Both the position numbers and the translations under genes were made by a program. A DNA stretch of 64,000 bases, from assembly GCF_026210795.1 (NCBI RefSeq), contig NC_089429.1, positions 5,642,001 through 5,706,000 of the forward strand, given 5' to 3'. Below the pieces are notes generated by a model. That model was not told the DNA's origin. It did no database searches and saw nothing but the letters and a program-made list of their open reading frames with translations. Within the stretch, counting starts at the first letter, position 1; each line of letters opens with the position of its first letter. The DNA comes from Rhizophagus irregularis (taxonomy: Eukaryota). Of this stretch, positions 22,017-35,554 are shown one piece after another.

Positions 22017-23676
22017 CACTCCCGGCCAAAAAGTTTAGGACCACCCCTATGATCTGCAAATGATCTGCAATAAATAAACAATAACATATTTGTGTAACCT
22101 AAAATTTGTACCCTATGATAATCAATAAATAGTGAACGTCATGCATATCTTTTTTTTCGTTCTTTTATTTTTATTTTTTGCAAAATGGTCAAAACAAGAG
22201 AACTTTCGGATTTCGAACGCGGAAGAGTTATCGGTTTTTATGAAGCTGGTGACTCAGAACGAACAATTTCAGAAAAAACTGGTTATGGTAAAACCACAAT
22301 TCATAATATTATATCAAAATATAAAAAAACAGGTGCTTTTAGTATTGCTTCTCGAAGTGGACGTCCAAAAAAATTAACTGAACGGGATAAACGTCATCTT
22401 AAAGTTATTGTTACTCAAAACCGACGTGAACCAGTAGAGAAAATAGTAAAAAATTTTGCCGAATCCACTGGAAAAGTAATATGTAAGAATACTATGAAAA
22501 ATACATTATATAATATGGGATATCATAGTTGTACTGCTCTCAGAAAACCCAATGTCAGTGAGCGTAACCGAAAAATTCGTTTAAAGTGGGCTCGTGAAAG
22601 ACGTTTATGGACTATAAATGATTGGAAAAAGGTAGTATGGAGCGATGAATCCAGGTTTACATTATTTCAAAATGATGGAAAAATACGAGTTTGGCGTCTT
22701 CAAGAAGAAAAATATAATATTAACTGCCTTGTTCCTACCATGAAGCATGGCGGAGGAGGTATTATGATGTGGGGGTGCTTCTCCTGGTATGGTTTAGGTC
22801 CATTGGTAAGAATAGATGGCCGTATTAATAGTGAAAGATATATTGAAGACATCCTTGGCTATCACGTGGTACCGTTTTTAGAGGAATTTGAAGAGGAAAA
22901 TGGTGAATATTTTTTTCAACAAGATAACGCACCAATTCATACAAGTGCAAGAACGCGGAATTTTATTGAAGAAACGGAAATAATTTTGTTACCATGGCCA
23001 GGGCAAAGCCCTGACCTTAACCCCATCGAACACCTTTGGGACGAGCTTGAACGTCGTATTCGAGCCAAGCAAAAACATCCAAAAAATTTAGGGGAATTGG
23101 AGGCGCTTCTTCAAGAGTGCTGGTCAGAAATTCCATGTGAAGTTTATCAGAAGCTTGTTGAGAGCATGGTACGTCGAATTGAAGAGGTAATAAAAGCTCG
23201 TGGTTATCCCACAAGATATTAATTGACGTTTTTATTAAATTTTTATAAGGGTAAGTATTATAAATTAATGAGTTAATTTAATTTTTTTTAAAGAAAAATA
23301 CCGATTTTTTATTAAAAACTTTAATATTATTAAAAGTATTTAATATTGCGAGATTTTGAGCTGGGTTTTTTACATTATATTATGTTTAATATGATGTTTA
23401 ATAAATATAATTTACATATAATATATTATTATAAAAAAATTTTTTTTTATTTATTAATAGTTTTAGTTTATTTTATTAAAAAAAGGGGTATAAAAATGTT
23501 ACATATTAAATTTCAATAATTTATTATTATAATGAATTTAAATATTATTAAATTTGTTAATTAATTAGTAGAGAAAACGTATATGATCTTTATAGTTTAA
23601 TAAAAAAAGTTATCGTTAAAAAATTCCATTTTTTCTATTATTTACCGGGTGGTCCTAAACTTTTTGGCCGGGAGTG
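22017..23676 (+). mobile_element. Intact Tc1-family DNA transposon (1660 bp)
   Basis: Perfect 30-bp TIRs cactcccggccaaaaagtttaggaccaccc (22017-22046 and 23647-23676); TA duplication at 22015-16 and 23677-78. Confidence 0.97.
22185..23222 (+). CDS. Tc1 transposase, DD34E
   Basis: N-terminal HTH, GRPKK motif, WSDES, FQQDNAPIH, SPDLNPIE with 34 residues between the second D and E; 345 aa, no stops. Confidence 0.97.
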   Translation: MVKTRELSDFERGRVIGFYEAGDSERTISEKTGYGKTTIHNIISKYKKTGAFSIASRSGRPKKLTERDKRHLKVIVTQNRREPVEKIVKNFAESTGKVICKNTMKNTLYNMGYHSCTALRKPNVSERNRKIRLKWARERRLWTINDWKKVVWSDESRFTLFQNDGKIRVWRLQEEKYNINCLVPTMKHGGGGIMMWGCFSWYGLGPLVRIDGRINSERYIEDILGYHVVPFLEEFEEENGEYFFQQDNAPIHTSARTRNFIEETEIILLPWPGQSPDLNPIEHLWDELERRIRAKQKHPKNLGELEALLQECWSEIPCEVYQKLVESMVRRIEEVIKARGYPTRY

Positions 23677-26666
23677 TATTTTCAATTTCAATCCTTTTGA
23701 TTCGATAAAATTTTATGTAATGATAATATTCCGATAGTTGGAATAATTATGTTGGTCATTATTTTCTTAATGTTAACTCGAAAAGTACGTTCTTGTTGTA
23801 CCTCTCAAAAAATAAAGGTCAAACAAAATAAGACTAAATTAATTAATTAAACACTAATTTCAAAAAAAAAGGAAATTTGTGAAAAAAGGGTTTCAGTTTC
23901 TTAAAACTTTATTACAGATAATAATAATATAATGTATATAAAAAATTTTATTGAAATGATGGATAAATAATTTAAATTGCTTTTTAGTTTTTAGTACAAT
24001 AGAATGAATAAAACTGAATGTATTAAAATCTCATTCTGTTATATTTCAGTAACCGGCGTAAGAATTTACCGTACAACACTGACTAAAATACCCCGCCTGG
24101 GTATAAATCATGATGAAGTATCGAAAAAAAGCACGAAAATCGCATATTAATTCGGATTTTGAAGAAGAAAACGACAATGATCAAATGAAGAGAAAAATAT
24201 TAAATTCGATCTAATTGGTGAATTAGATGATAGGAAAATTCGATTAATATTATGATTAACGACTTAACGTTAACGAGAAAAAAGTCGTTGGTGAACAACG
24301 AAGAAAACGAGGATTTTGTGATCGAAAAACAAGTTATAGTTATGATTCATATCTTGGTGTTAAATGAAATTTAAATATGGCTCGCACTATAATAAGTAAT
24401 TGTCGTTAAATATGAATATGACAAGACGATAACGGATTGACATCGATTCAAGACAATGAGATATTTGAGATATAAAACATGAAGGAACTATTTATTTGCT
24501 TGCAAATGCACAGTCACAAACAAGAAAAAAAAAATTTCATGCTTTAATGTCTTATTCGAAACATTCATTTCAATACCTTCAGTAGCACTTCTTCATACTG
24601 CTGATTCATGAGAGAAAATCTGCATATCATTTGGCAGTCATCACTAATTTTTCCGAGTAGTACGATACTACTCCTCACTTATTTTACCTTGCATATGAAG
24701 TTAATAAGCCTCAGATGTTCATGTAGATCACGAAGTATACAGTATTATAAATACGGACACGTCTTTAACAAAATCTCATGAGCAACTTTTACTTGTCTGA
24801 TAATTGTTTAGCCATAAATCAAACTATCGATAACTATTACACCGAACCCACGGCTTGGGAATAAAAGTTCGGTACATAGTAGAGTTCGGCAGAGAAATTT
24901 TTCCCCCAAGTTTTTTTCGGTATATCAAGAAAACCACGTGATTAATATCCCAATTTCGGCCAGAATTAAGATGTTTTTGGCATCAATTAATTTAGGCAAA
25001 AATCAAGTGGTTCTAATTCTGGCTGAAATTAATTAATTTCAGGCGAAATTGGCAAATCATGTGACTAAGTTATATCAAAAATTCAAAATAAGTGGTAAAT
25101 CAATAATTTTAAATATTATGAAAACGGATTTAGAAAAAAAGTTCGATAAATCAAGAGTCGTTATATCGTGTGTTCGTTATATCGAGATTAGACTGTATAA
25201 TGAATTGAATACATTAAAGATAAAACTTATCGAAGACTCTGATGAAGAAAAAAAGAAGAAAACCTGGATTCAACAGAAAAAAGAAATAAAGGGATATTCA
25301 AAGTCTAGATGTAGAGCAAAAGGATGTAGTTATAAATGAAACATTTATACTCGCTGAAAATATATTATTATTAAAAAGAAATATTACACTATACTAGAGA
25401 TAGAATCCCTTAGTACTTTAACCATGAAGGAAAGTAAAGAGTGTGGAGTGTGGACTGCTTTCAATAGGAGAATAGATACGAGAAATAATAACTTTAGGCA
25501 GGAAGATAAAGATGATCTTTCGAACCTGCTAAAGAATATTTTAGATAAGGCTAACATAAAGATAACAAGTAACGACGAATTTTATCATCATAAAATATAG
25601 ACTTTAGATCAAGAAATAGATGAAGAAAATATTTTTAAAAAAGTTTGAAGCAAAATTCTTTATTATGAATAAACGAGAAAGAGAGACTGACTGCTAATAA
25701 ATGAAAGTAATAAAATGACAAAGAGAGGGATAAAGCATTTATGCTTGCCCGAGCCATAACCCATATGATGGCGTATTTTATCAAACAAAATGTTAGCAAT
25801 TTCTTTGCTATCTAATCATTTACTAATTAACTTTATTATATTACATTTAGTATCCTATTAAAAACTTTCCCAGCGTCCCCCCAGTAGCAGTAAGTACAAA
25901 TTTTCACCCACGTGACTGGCCAATTTATCCAAAAATCTGCAGCACCATAACTTTTTGGCCAAAAGTTAAGGCATTAACTTGGCGTTATGAAATCACGCAT
26001 GTTGCAAATTAGTGACAATAAGGGTTTTATACACTGAAAAATGACCTCAGAATACTTTGTAAAAAATACTTTAATGATCACGTGAAAGTAAGATTTTATT
26101 GGTGATGCTAGGTAAAATGCTTTCGAATAATGTAACTTTTATGATGCATATGCATGCGATCTGTGTTAAAACTAAACATGATAACAAACAAATGTTATCT
26201 TGATTTTTAATATGTTCTGTCTGACTAACTAGACGATCTTTATTGCAAAGTTCACCTTCTTCAGTTATAAGAAAAGAGCGTTAGCAGAATAGCAAAAATT
26301 CATTGATCCTTTTTTTTTTTTAATATACTGTATGTTAAATTTTCCAATTTTTTTGCAACAATAAATAATTACAGTAAACGTTTTTTGAACCTTTATTCTT
26401 ATAAAAAGTGTTATTCGGAATTTTATCAAATGCTTACTTTTTTTGATTACGTCGATTATTAAAAAATTCACAGATGATTTTCGTCAAAATTTTTTCTCTT
26501 AAAGTCAGTTAGAATGCGGAAAGTTGAGCTTTGACAGGTAAATTATTTTTTACTTTAATAAAATTTTTCTTTTGAATTTTGAAATTTTGGTGCCAATAAT
26601 ATTTTTAACATATTTTAGTGTTTTAAATTATTTGAAGATAATATGTGATGAAAATCACCGGCGTAA

Positions 26667-26795
26667 TGTTGTAGACCAAGTCCAAACCTTACCATCGGAG
26701 ATCATCGTTGGTACAGTCTTAAGGCATTATTAGATTGGCCGATAATTTAGGCCGATGATAAGGTTTGGGAACATGGTCAAGTTTGGTCTACAACA
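26667..26795. mobile_element. 129-bp MITE with TGT...ACA ends (Ginger-like)
   Basis: 13-bp TIR tgttgtagaccaa / ttggtctacaaca, inner inverted ccaaacctta / taaggtttgg; near 4-bp TSD GTAA/GTTA. Confidence 0.6.
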
Positions 26796-27094
26796 GTTAA
26801 TACTAAAAAATTTACGGTGCATTGTAAAATCATAACAAATGTTCGAGTGTCATGTGACTAATGATACGACTGATTCTAAATTTCAAATTACATACTTTAG
26901 AGTTTAGATTGAATTACACGTGTAAAATATAACAATAAGACTTTCTACTTTTTATTATTGGCAATTAAATTTATAGTAAATATAACTTATGTTGGGTACC
27001 AAAATAGATTTTATTTAAATTTATGACAAAACAAAATACATAATATTTCAGTAAAAGAAAGTTATCAAATATAGAATGATATTTATAATTTAGG

Positions 27095-27312
27095 TGTTTC
27101 GATAACATTTTTCAAGCTCAATATATCGAAGTAGTATGATCATTTGATCATTTTAAGCAGCTTCTTTATAATTGAAATGTTCTAATTTCAATTTTTTTTT
27201 AATAATTATTCCATACTTATAACAATTTTCTAGACAATGTATTCGTTGAAAAAGTGATGTGAGGGATGACGCATCAACATTCTGATCTTCACTGTGTCAC
27301 TCAAGTTATCGA
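27095..27312 (-). pseudogene. Relic of a BED-Sel1 gene (linker and first SLRs), paralogous to 15089-16594
   Basis: gcagcttctttataattgaaatgttctaatttca and aacattctgatcttcac align with 16165-16365. Confidence 0.7.
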
Positions 27313-27850
27313 GACCCAGTAATTACTAAACTACGATAATAACAAAAATAAAAATGTATACTTATGATATTATCGATCTTCACCGTTTTTTTTACCTATT
27401 ATTTCATCTCAAACTAACGAAAAAGCTGAACGGTAATAGTAATTTTCAAAGAGGGTATATTAATACATTATGACTAATGATAGTCAATCAATTAATTGCG
27501 TTAATTACGTCGTAATTGATCGATTCGAATTTAAAGGAAATTAACTCTTTGCGTTCCATTATTGTTCCATAATGTGGAGTTGTTTCGGACTGGCGCGTTG
27601 ATAAAGATCCAATAATAAAAAAAAAAATAGTCCAACTCCTTTTTTGATTGATACCCATTATTTTTCTCTGGATAATCAGTGATTGGCGATAAATCATTCG
27701 ATAATCGAGTATAAGTCGATTTTTCGATTAATTCGATTTTGGTGATAAAATATCCAAGATATCATTATTAATACATAATAAAAGTATTGTATTTATAATA
27801 CAATTTATGACTGATAAATTGATGATCTGTAAAAGGGTTAATGGTAATGG

Positions 27851-28036
27851 TTACGTGGCGGCGGTTTCATAATCGATATTGGCTCGGACTTTACTTAGCC
27901 AGTCGTTCCCCACAATAGCAGCATAAGACTCAGCTTCGGTAACCACAACATTAATCGGAATGGTAATATCCCGAATAGTAATGGGAAAATCCAGCACTTC
28001 ACCTAACGGTCGTTTCCTCTCGCCGTTTAACGTTAC
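27851..28036 (-). mobile_element. Ty3/Gypsy retropepsin C-terminal fragment
   Basis: VTLNGERKRPLGEVLDFPITIRDITIPINVVVTEAESYAAIVGNDWLSKVRANIDY includes the retropepsin C-terminal hhGxDWL motif. Confidence 0.7.
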
Positions 28037-28572
28037 GGTACGTTTCACCGAAATCTGTTTCACCTGAAATCATTTTGGTTTCACTAAAAGGGCATTTCAT
28101 TAAATGAAAATTTTGCCGAATGGACATTTCGCCGAATCCTTTTATCCCCGAATGATTCATTTCGCTGAAATCTACTTCGCAGAAAATGGTCATGATTGTG
28201 AGTGTTTAATTTTCTTTTTATATGAATTTTAGAATTATCTAAATATTCTCAATTAATTGAAGAGATTACTAGTTAATTAATTCGATCATTAGCTCTAAAA
28301 AAAAGAAAAATATATAACAATTAATATAAGTTACTTGAATGTTAAAGTGAAATAATCCCGAAGGAAAGATTTTTTAAAACAAAAAAGGATTTATTCTTTA
28401 AAATTTTTTTTGTTTATTTATCGCGCACATTGAATCTTTTAATTTTATAAGATCATATTGATCGTTACCATTTCAGTGAAACGTCCATTCGTCGAAATGG
28501 CTTCGACAAAAAGATCCATTCAACGAAATGGATATTCTAAAAAATGACACTTCGGCGAAAAGTCCGGATACC
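28037..28572. mobile_element. Degenerate foldback/MITE with repeated TTTCGCCGAA-like units in inverted arms
   Basis: Left arm ggtacgtttcaccgaaat...tttcgccgaa (28037-28190); right arm ...ttcggcgaaaagtccggatacc (28470-28572); abuts the protease fragment. Confidence 0.5.
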
Positions 28573-30440
28573 AATTGAAATTGTCATACATTTGATGCCA
28601 GCATTATTTAATTAAGCAAGTGGTTGTCGTCTAATTTGTGATTTTGCATTATTCAGTTATGTTCAGTGAATTGAGGCGATAAAAAAAAATCACTTATATT
28701 ACATAAACGTAAAAACTATAGTTAATTAATCGAGAATTAATTAATTGGTTATTAACCAAACATACTGTAAAAATATACAGCCCATTAAATACACTTAAAC
28801 GTGCAAAAGAAATGGTTCATGTTTGTAATGTGCAAATTTGGCGATTTACACAAAATCAAGTAACTTCAATTTAACCAGTAAAAATGGAAATTAAAGTTTT
28901 TATTCAAAAATACCGATGCTACTAAATTTGGGTATAAAGGATAGGGTTAATAAAATTTTATTTAGGTAAACAATAACTCCGTTATGAATAAAGTTAATTA
29001 ATCTAACGAAGACCATGCAAAATAATTATTATTTGAATTTGTAATAATATAAGCGAAATTTTACATCGATTAGCTAATTATTATGTAAAAGATAGCGGTT
29101 AAAATATTATCCGAGGTGCAACTCTCCTATCCATACTTGGAAGGTTTAAATGAAATAGTAAAACTATTTAGTATTACAAAGTATAAAACAATTTGACATA
29201 TGATCAAAATAAACTTATTCCTATTTATATAATTCACAATAAGATCGTCCTACGCTTATCCATTGGTTTATGAAACTCATACATCATTCCGTAAATTAAT
29301 CTGTGACACCGCATGAAAAATCAATAAAGTAATTTTCACACACCACGTGAAATAAATTAAATCTATAAAGTTTAAATGGGACCAAACATATAATATTATC
29401 TATATGTATCTCCTAAGTAAGGGTGATATCATACCATTAAGGGGTTATCTAATAAAGTTGCATAATTATATAATTTTCTTTGAAGAGTTTCTGAAGCTGT
29501 GAAAGGCCAAAATTCATCTTTTTTTAGAAGTTAGGTCGAAATTTATCGTGTTGCTGCCTGATGCTAGTAGGCACATACTGTTTTGTGTATTAAATAATAC
29601 ATTGTTTGCTTTAAACGCTTTCGTGATACACATAACATTGACAACGAGTATTACAGATTACAAAGACATAATTTAATTCATTCTTTCAAAATCTTAATTA
29701 ATTGTTTAATTCGTTGCAATACAACATAAATTAATTTGTACCCAAATATTGCATTCTAAATTTCCTTAGGGTAAAGATTATCAAAAAAGCCATCTAATCT
29801 TCATATTATTTCGTAAGAATTTTTTTATTTTTAAATTTCGCATGACGAGGTGATTTGTCGATCAAATAAAATTAACTTATCATAACAACCGAAAGCAAGT
29901 TATAGAAAAAAAATCACTTCGTAAAAAAAAACGACCCTTTTATTTTATCCAATTGTTTATTAGCTATTTCAACTCATTTTTTCTTTTTTTTTTTTAAGGA
30001 CGCTTTGGATATAATTAAATCTTTATATTTGTTTAATTCACTTCAAAAAAAGCACCACTGGCACCCTTCCCAATTTTTAAAAACTAATTCGTAAAACGTG
30101 AATTGTTCGTCTTTTATATTAAATTTTAAATTGGGATGTCAGATTTTAATTGTTATTCGGTATTGCTGATATACTGCGCACTAAAATTTTTTATTTAATT
30201 TCATATTTTCAATAAAAATGAAGATATCATTAATAAAAAACTTTATAAAGAGGACAAATAGTGAGATAAATATAAAACAAATAAATAAATATTATATACT
30301 ATATAAATATATAAATAATACTAAATAAATAAATAAATATGATATATAAACTTAATAACAAATATATTATCATTAAATGATCATTAATGAATGGAAAAAG
30401 AAATGAATCCAAAAATATATACACTACTAATTAAAATTTT

Positions 30441-32172
30441 TTAAAATTTTCTTGGTTTAATTCTAACAGGTAATTCTTTACAAAGGTTAAGTATTTCAGA
30501 TTTATACATTAATGGAGCATTCATGTCAATTAATTCAATATCATATTTTCTATAAATTGACATTAATACACATTTTAATTCTATGATTGCCAATTTTCTT
30601 CCAGGGCAAATTCTAATTCCTCCTCCAAATATTGGAAAAATACTTGACATTTTTTTCTTTTCAAGTAAATATTTATTACTTTCTTCAACTTTATAAAATC
30701 TATCAGGATCAAATTTTTCAGGTTCGGTCCAATAATCCTTATGTTTCATTATTGCGGAAACAAGAACTTGAAATTTAGTTCCTTTTGGCCAATCGTATCC
30801 TCCAACTTTATCAGCTTGAGAATTTATACGACCAACAATAAAAGTTATTGGAGTGTGACGATATATTTCTTTGGTAACTGCGTCGCAATATTCTAATTTA
30901 TCAAGATCTTTATTTGTTATTGGTCTTGTTAAGTCGGTTCCAAGAACTCTATCAAATTCTTGTATCAATCGTTGTTTCACTTCCGGATAATGTTCAACAT
31001 AATATATAACAATGCAAATAAAATTCGCTGTCTGTGATTTTAAAAAAAGAAACGAGATTTTTTTTTTTAAAAAAAAAAGCGATAAAATTCTTAAAATACA
31101 TAATATTAAATAATTTTTTACTTACGGTATCAGTACCCCCGAGTAATGCGTCGAGTATATTACCAAAAATCTCTTTATCAGTCATCGGTCTTAATAAATC
31201 AGGGTCGGCATTTTTCACACCGTTGATATCACGTGGTGTATTCGCGGTTATATATGACGTTAACATATCTTGACCAAGTGGTTGATCTAATGGTGTATTT
31301 TCAATTTCAATCCTTCTTTCTTTTATAATGGTATATACTTTATCAAATAAATAATCTTTATTTTTCAATAATTTTTTAACTTTGTCACGAATAAATGGAA
31401 CATTATTACGAGTGAACTTATTAAAAGCGAAAAAATAAAACATTCCTTCTAAATAAGTTTCACCTGATTCAATAAATTTTTTAGCTTCTTTTAATTTTTC
31501 ATTTTCATTTTCATTTAAAGTATTTTTATTATCGTTAATTAATATATTATAATAAGAGGCGATAGCATCATTTTTTGTTCCTGTAGCTATTTTAAAAATC
31601 ATTTCATTTGTAAATCTACGCATCCATTTTATAAGGTCTAATTCATAATCTTCTCCAAGATTATTAAAATAAATTTCCATTTCTTTCCATAATTCATTAG
31701 TCCATTCAATAGCTTGACGATTAAAACTTGGAGTTATCAATGCTTGAGTAAAAAATTGACGATTATATTTCCAAGATTTAAGATCATTATTAAATGATAC
31801 TCCTCCTCCATCCATTCCATATTCACTTAATCCTTCCGAATTAGGTAATCTAATAGGATATTTAGTCTTTGTTGAAGGTAAGATCATATTATCAATTAAA
31901 TCTGGCCTACCTACTACTATAAAACGATCACCTCCTAAAATTATTTCGAACATATCACCATATTTTTTATGTAATGATAATAACCAATCATTAAATCCAT
32001 ATCCAATTTGTTGATAAGAGTTACCAAGGAGTGGAAGTGGTAATGGACCTGGTAAAGGATTAATACGAGTAAAATAACGATAATAAAAATGAGTCACGTA
32101 GATAATTGAAAAAATTATTAAGAGAGAAGCGATTTCAGAAATTTCAAAAGATGAGATAATTGTAGTAATCAT
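30441..32172 (-). CDS. Cytochrome P450 (copy 1), exons 32172-31126 and 31031-30441, 545 aa
   Basis: N-terminal TM helix and PGP hinge; 94-nt GTAAGT...CAG intron joins the I-helix GGTDT|TANF; EIYR (ExxR), PDRF, heme motif FGGGIRICPG. Confidence 0.93.
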
Positions 32173-33195
32173 TGTTTAAATTGTTAAAAGGGTAAAGAGG
32201 ATTAAAATAAATTAAAAAACATTTTTTTCTGGATGTACGGGTCTTATATATATATTACTCAGGGCCAAATGAAAAATGAATTATAAATTGATTAATTGAT
32301 TTTCGACTGATGTTGCAAATTAGTACCAATCATATAATTACCAAAGGATTTACACAAAGGGTTCACAAAAGGGTTCACCGCCTGACTGTTCGCTCAAAAG
32401 ATTGGGTCGATCAATGATTGGTTCATTTAGTTACATTTATTAACAATAACTGTTCCATAGTATAATAAACATAAAACTTATCAAAATTTCCAAATTGAGT
32501 TATATTATCAATGACGAATAAGTTTATTTGTTATTTTTTTTGAAAATTCGGTTTAAATCCCCGAAAATGTTGTGCACGTTGGACGAAGTACACAATATGT
32601 ATTAACAATGCAAGATGCAAAGAGTATTATTAATTCGATCATTCGAATAATGGAATTTACACAATTTACAAAAGAAGATAAAAAAACTTTTTGCAAAAAT
32701 TTTATTATTAAATTTTAAAAATTTTGTGAGTACTTTGATCGTTATCACTTTTTTCTAAATAGTATTTTTAATCATGTCGATCACTTTGATCAGTTTGATA
32801 AAGAAGTAAAAAAATAGCCGATCCATTTTCGAACAAAATAAGGTTCATTCAGCGATCTATAGATGGATTAAGTATGATAAACCAGTGATGGTTGCTATAA
32901 TAAAGTTATTTTACAAGTTAATTTAAAGGATTTTTTTTCAAACTCTTATCTTAGTTGGAAACCATAATTTTTAGAGTTACAAATAATTGCACGTAATTAA
33001 TTTTAATATTAATCATTTGTCGTAAATCATGTTAGAAAAACCCCTAAAAGTTTGATATCCAATGTGAATTTAACTAAAAACTTTTTAATTTTAACATGAA
33101 TGGAATCAAGGAGATATTTTGCATCAATGTTTACATAAACAAAGGATAAAATCTTCATTTTAAACTTAAAAAGGGAATATTCAAACGTTATACTC

Positions 33196-33255
33196 CACGT
33201 GGACATATCACGTGATTACCATTGGATCGAATTTCGGTATAACTCCGGACCGAAA
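33196..33255 (+). promoter_or_regulatory. Candidate promoter module: CACGTG boxes plus TTTCGG-N12-CCGAAA palindrome, between divergent P450 and BTB genes
   Basis: CACGTG at 33196 and 33209; palindrome 33232-33255; same arrangement at 55299-55346. Confidence 0.4.
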
Positions 33256-33356
33256 TATTTGCAATATTTCCGAAAACTTAACCAAATAAATTTTTAAAGT
33301 TTAGTTTCTTTTTCGTTTCTTTGAAAAGTCAAAAAAAAAAAAAAAAGTCAGTTATA

Positions 33357-34854
33357 ATGAATGATAATAAATTTTTACCAAAATTATCTGAAAATTTACT
33401 TGAAATTTTAAAAGATAATGAATTTTATGATATTACTATTGAAGTTGGTAATGACCCTTACGTAAAAATTTTTCGAGCTCATATGGTCATTTTAAATTAT
33501 CGTTCCACTTATTTGAGAAGAATCTTATCAACTAACGTTAATAGAAATAATAATGATGGAAGTTTGACGCATATTAAATTACCAAATATTTCACCGGAAA
33601 TTTTTGAAATGATCTTAAGGTGAGTAAATTTTTTTTTTAGAAAAAAAAAAATATTTTAAATTTTACGGAAATATTCAAATTTTTCGTTTAATATTTCGTT
33701 TAAGATATATTTATGGGGGAAGACTTTCTTTAGAAGAATATGATACTTCAGATATAATTAAAATTTTGGTCGCTTCCAGTGAACTTAGCCTTCAAGAATT
33801 AATCCCTCATTTACAATTATTTTTGATCGAAAAAAAAAAAAATTGGATGGAACAAAATTTTAATTTAATATATAAAACAAGTTTTGAAAATAATTCTTTC
33901 TTAAAATTACAAGATTTTTGTACAGAATTAATAACTAAAGAACCAGAAAAAATTTTTAATTCAGTCGATTTTATTTCACTTTCAGGAAAATCTTTGATTT
34001 CTCTTATTCAACATGATAATATTCAAAAGAATGTTATTCAAGTTTGGGAACATGTACTTAAATGGGGTATCGCTCAAAATCCTGGACTTTCTTCAGATCC
34101 TTCTAGTTATTCAAAAGATGATTTTATTAATTTAAAAAATAATTTACAACAATTTATTCCTTTTATTAATTTCTTTAATTTAACTTCTAAAGAATATTTA
34201 GATAAAGTATATCCGTATAAAAAAGTCATACCAAAAGATTTACGTGAAAATTTATTTAAATATTTTATGGATCAGCAAAGTAATAACCCAGAACCAAATA
34301 TAATAAATGAAGAGACTAGTTCAAAAAATATTGATTCAAAAATCATTACAATCAAACATGCTCAATTAATATCGAGATGGATTGATAGATTAGAAATCAC
34401 TGACAGGATGGAAAATTCATATGACTTTAAGTTGATTCTTCGTGGATCTCGTGATGGGTTTTCGCCTAGTAAATTCCATGAGATTTGTGATAATCAATAT
34501 CATACTATAACGATTATTAAAGTGGAAGATAGTAACGAAATCCTTGGAGGATATAATCCGATCATGTGGACATCTAATATTATTTGGGGTGTTACCAAAG
34601 ATAGTTTTATATTCTCTTTTAAGAATAAGGAAAATATTGGAAATTATATTTTAAGCCGAGTAAAAAATGAAAATTATGCTATAGAAAATGACTCTTCCTT
34701 GGGGCCAACATTTGGTGATGGTGACCTTGAATTGAATGGAAAAAATCACAATAAGGCTTGTTATTATTCTAGAGTTTATGAAAAACAAATTAGAGAAACC
34801 GAAGATAATTTTTCTGTAGAAGAATATGAAATATTTCAAATAATAAAAGATTGA
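33357..34854 (+). CDS. BTB/POZ-BACK-TLDc protein A, exons 33357-33619 and 33705-34854, 470 aa
   Basis: BTB motifs DITIEVG...FRAHMVILNYRS...FEMILR|YIYGG across a GTGAGT...AG intron; VWEHVLKW BACK-like region; TLDc LILRGSRDGF...FHEICD...GGYNP...SFIFSF...GPTFG...VEEYEIFQ. Confidence 0.92.
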
Positions 34855-35554
34855 TTAATAGTTCTAATGATTAAAGGTGCCAATGTTATATTTTCTGTAT
34901 GTATTTCTTGTTATTTTTTAATTTTTAATAATTACCATTTAGGAGTAGTAAAATTTGTTTATCGGTTTTCGGTTTAATTAAAATTCTATTGTTAGCGGAT
35001 TAGTTAAAATTTATACTTTACATAATCTATAATTGAAGTATTATTATTATTAGCATTATTGGCTTGTATATTTTGTATTTGACTAAAATTTTATTAAGGA
35101 TGAAAATAAAAAATATTTTTTTTGAGGTGATCTGTATGGTTAGTAACGCACATTATGAATTGAAAATTGATTTAGTAAATCATAAATGTATTTTTGTTTA
35201 ATAATAGCAAAAAAATCAAATGAATGGAAAAAATTCAGGTTCTTTTTAATAAATATTTAAATGTTTGAAAATTTATAATCTCGACATAATTTAAAATTGG
35301 CGTCAATTAATAAAAATTTATTGGTGCTCTTATTATGCGCTGCAATATTATAAATTTGGTATGGTAATGAGCCTTTTACAGAAAAAAAGATGGAATATAA
35401 AAACGGATCGGCTTTTTTTATAGAGAGGAGTAACAATTCTTAATAATCACGTGATTTTGCCTTGAGTCAGGTGTTTCGGTATTTATGGGGTTTTGGGCTT
35501 GGCGCCGACAGTTCAACAATATTCTACTTTATTTCTCGCTCGAAAGTACTAATA

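Noticed and set aside
24050..25750. Degenerate coding-like patches and a lone pogo-like end (cgttatatcgagattagactgta at ~25175-25198)
   Set aside because: No matching left terminus and no recognisable domain
30994..31125. C-terminal extensions of P450 exon-1 ORFs (also 61599-61772) and TTG/GTG-started exon-2 ORFs as separate genes
   Set aside because: Read-through into the intron; splicing restores single full-length proteins
34560..34800. Diversity-generating retroelement explanation for TLDc hypervariability
   Set aside because: No reverse transcriptase or non-coding template repeat in the window, and substitutions are not confined to adenines (e.g. tcc/gta, ttg/acg)
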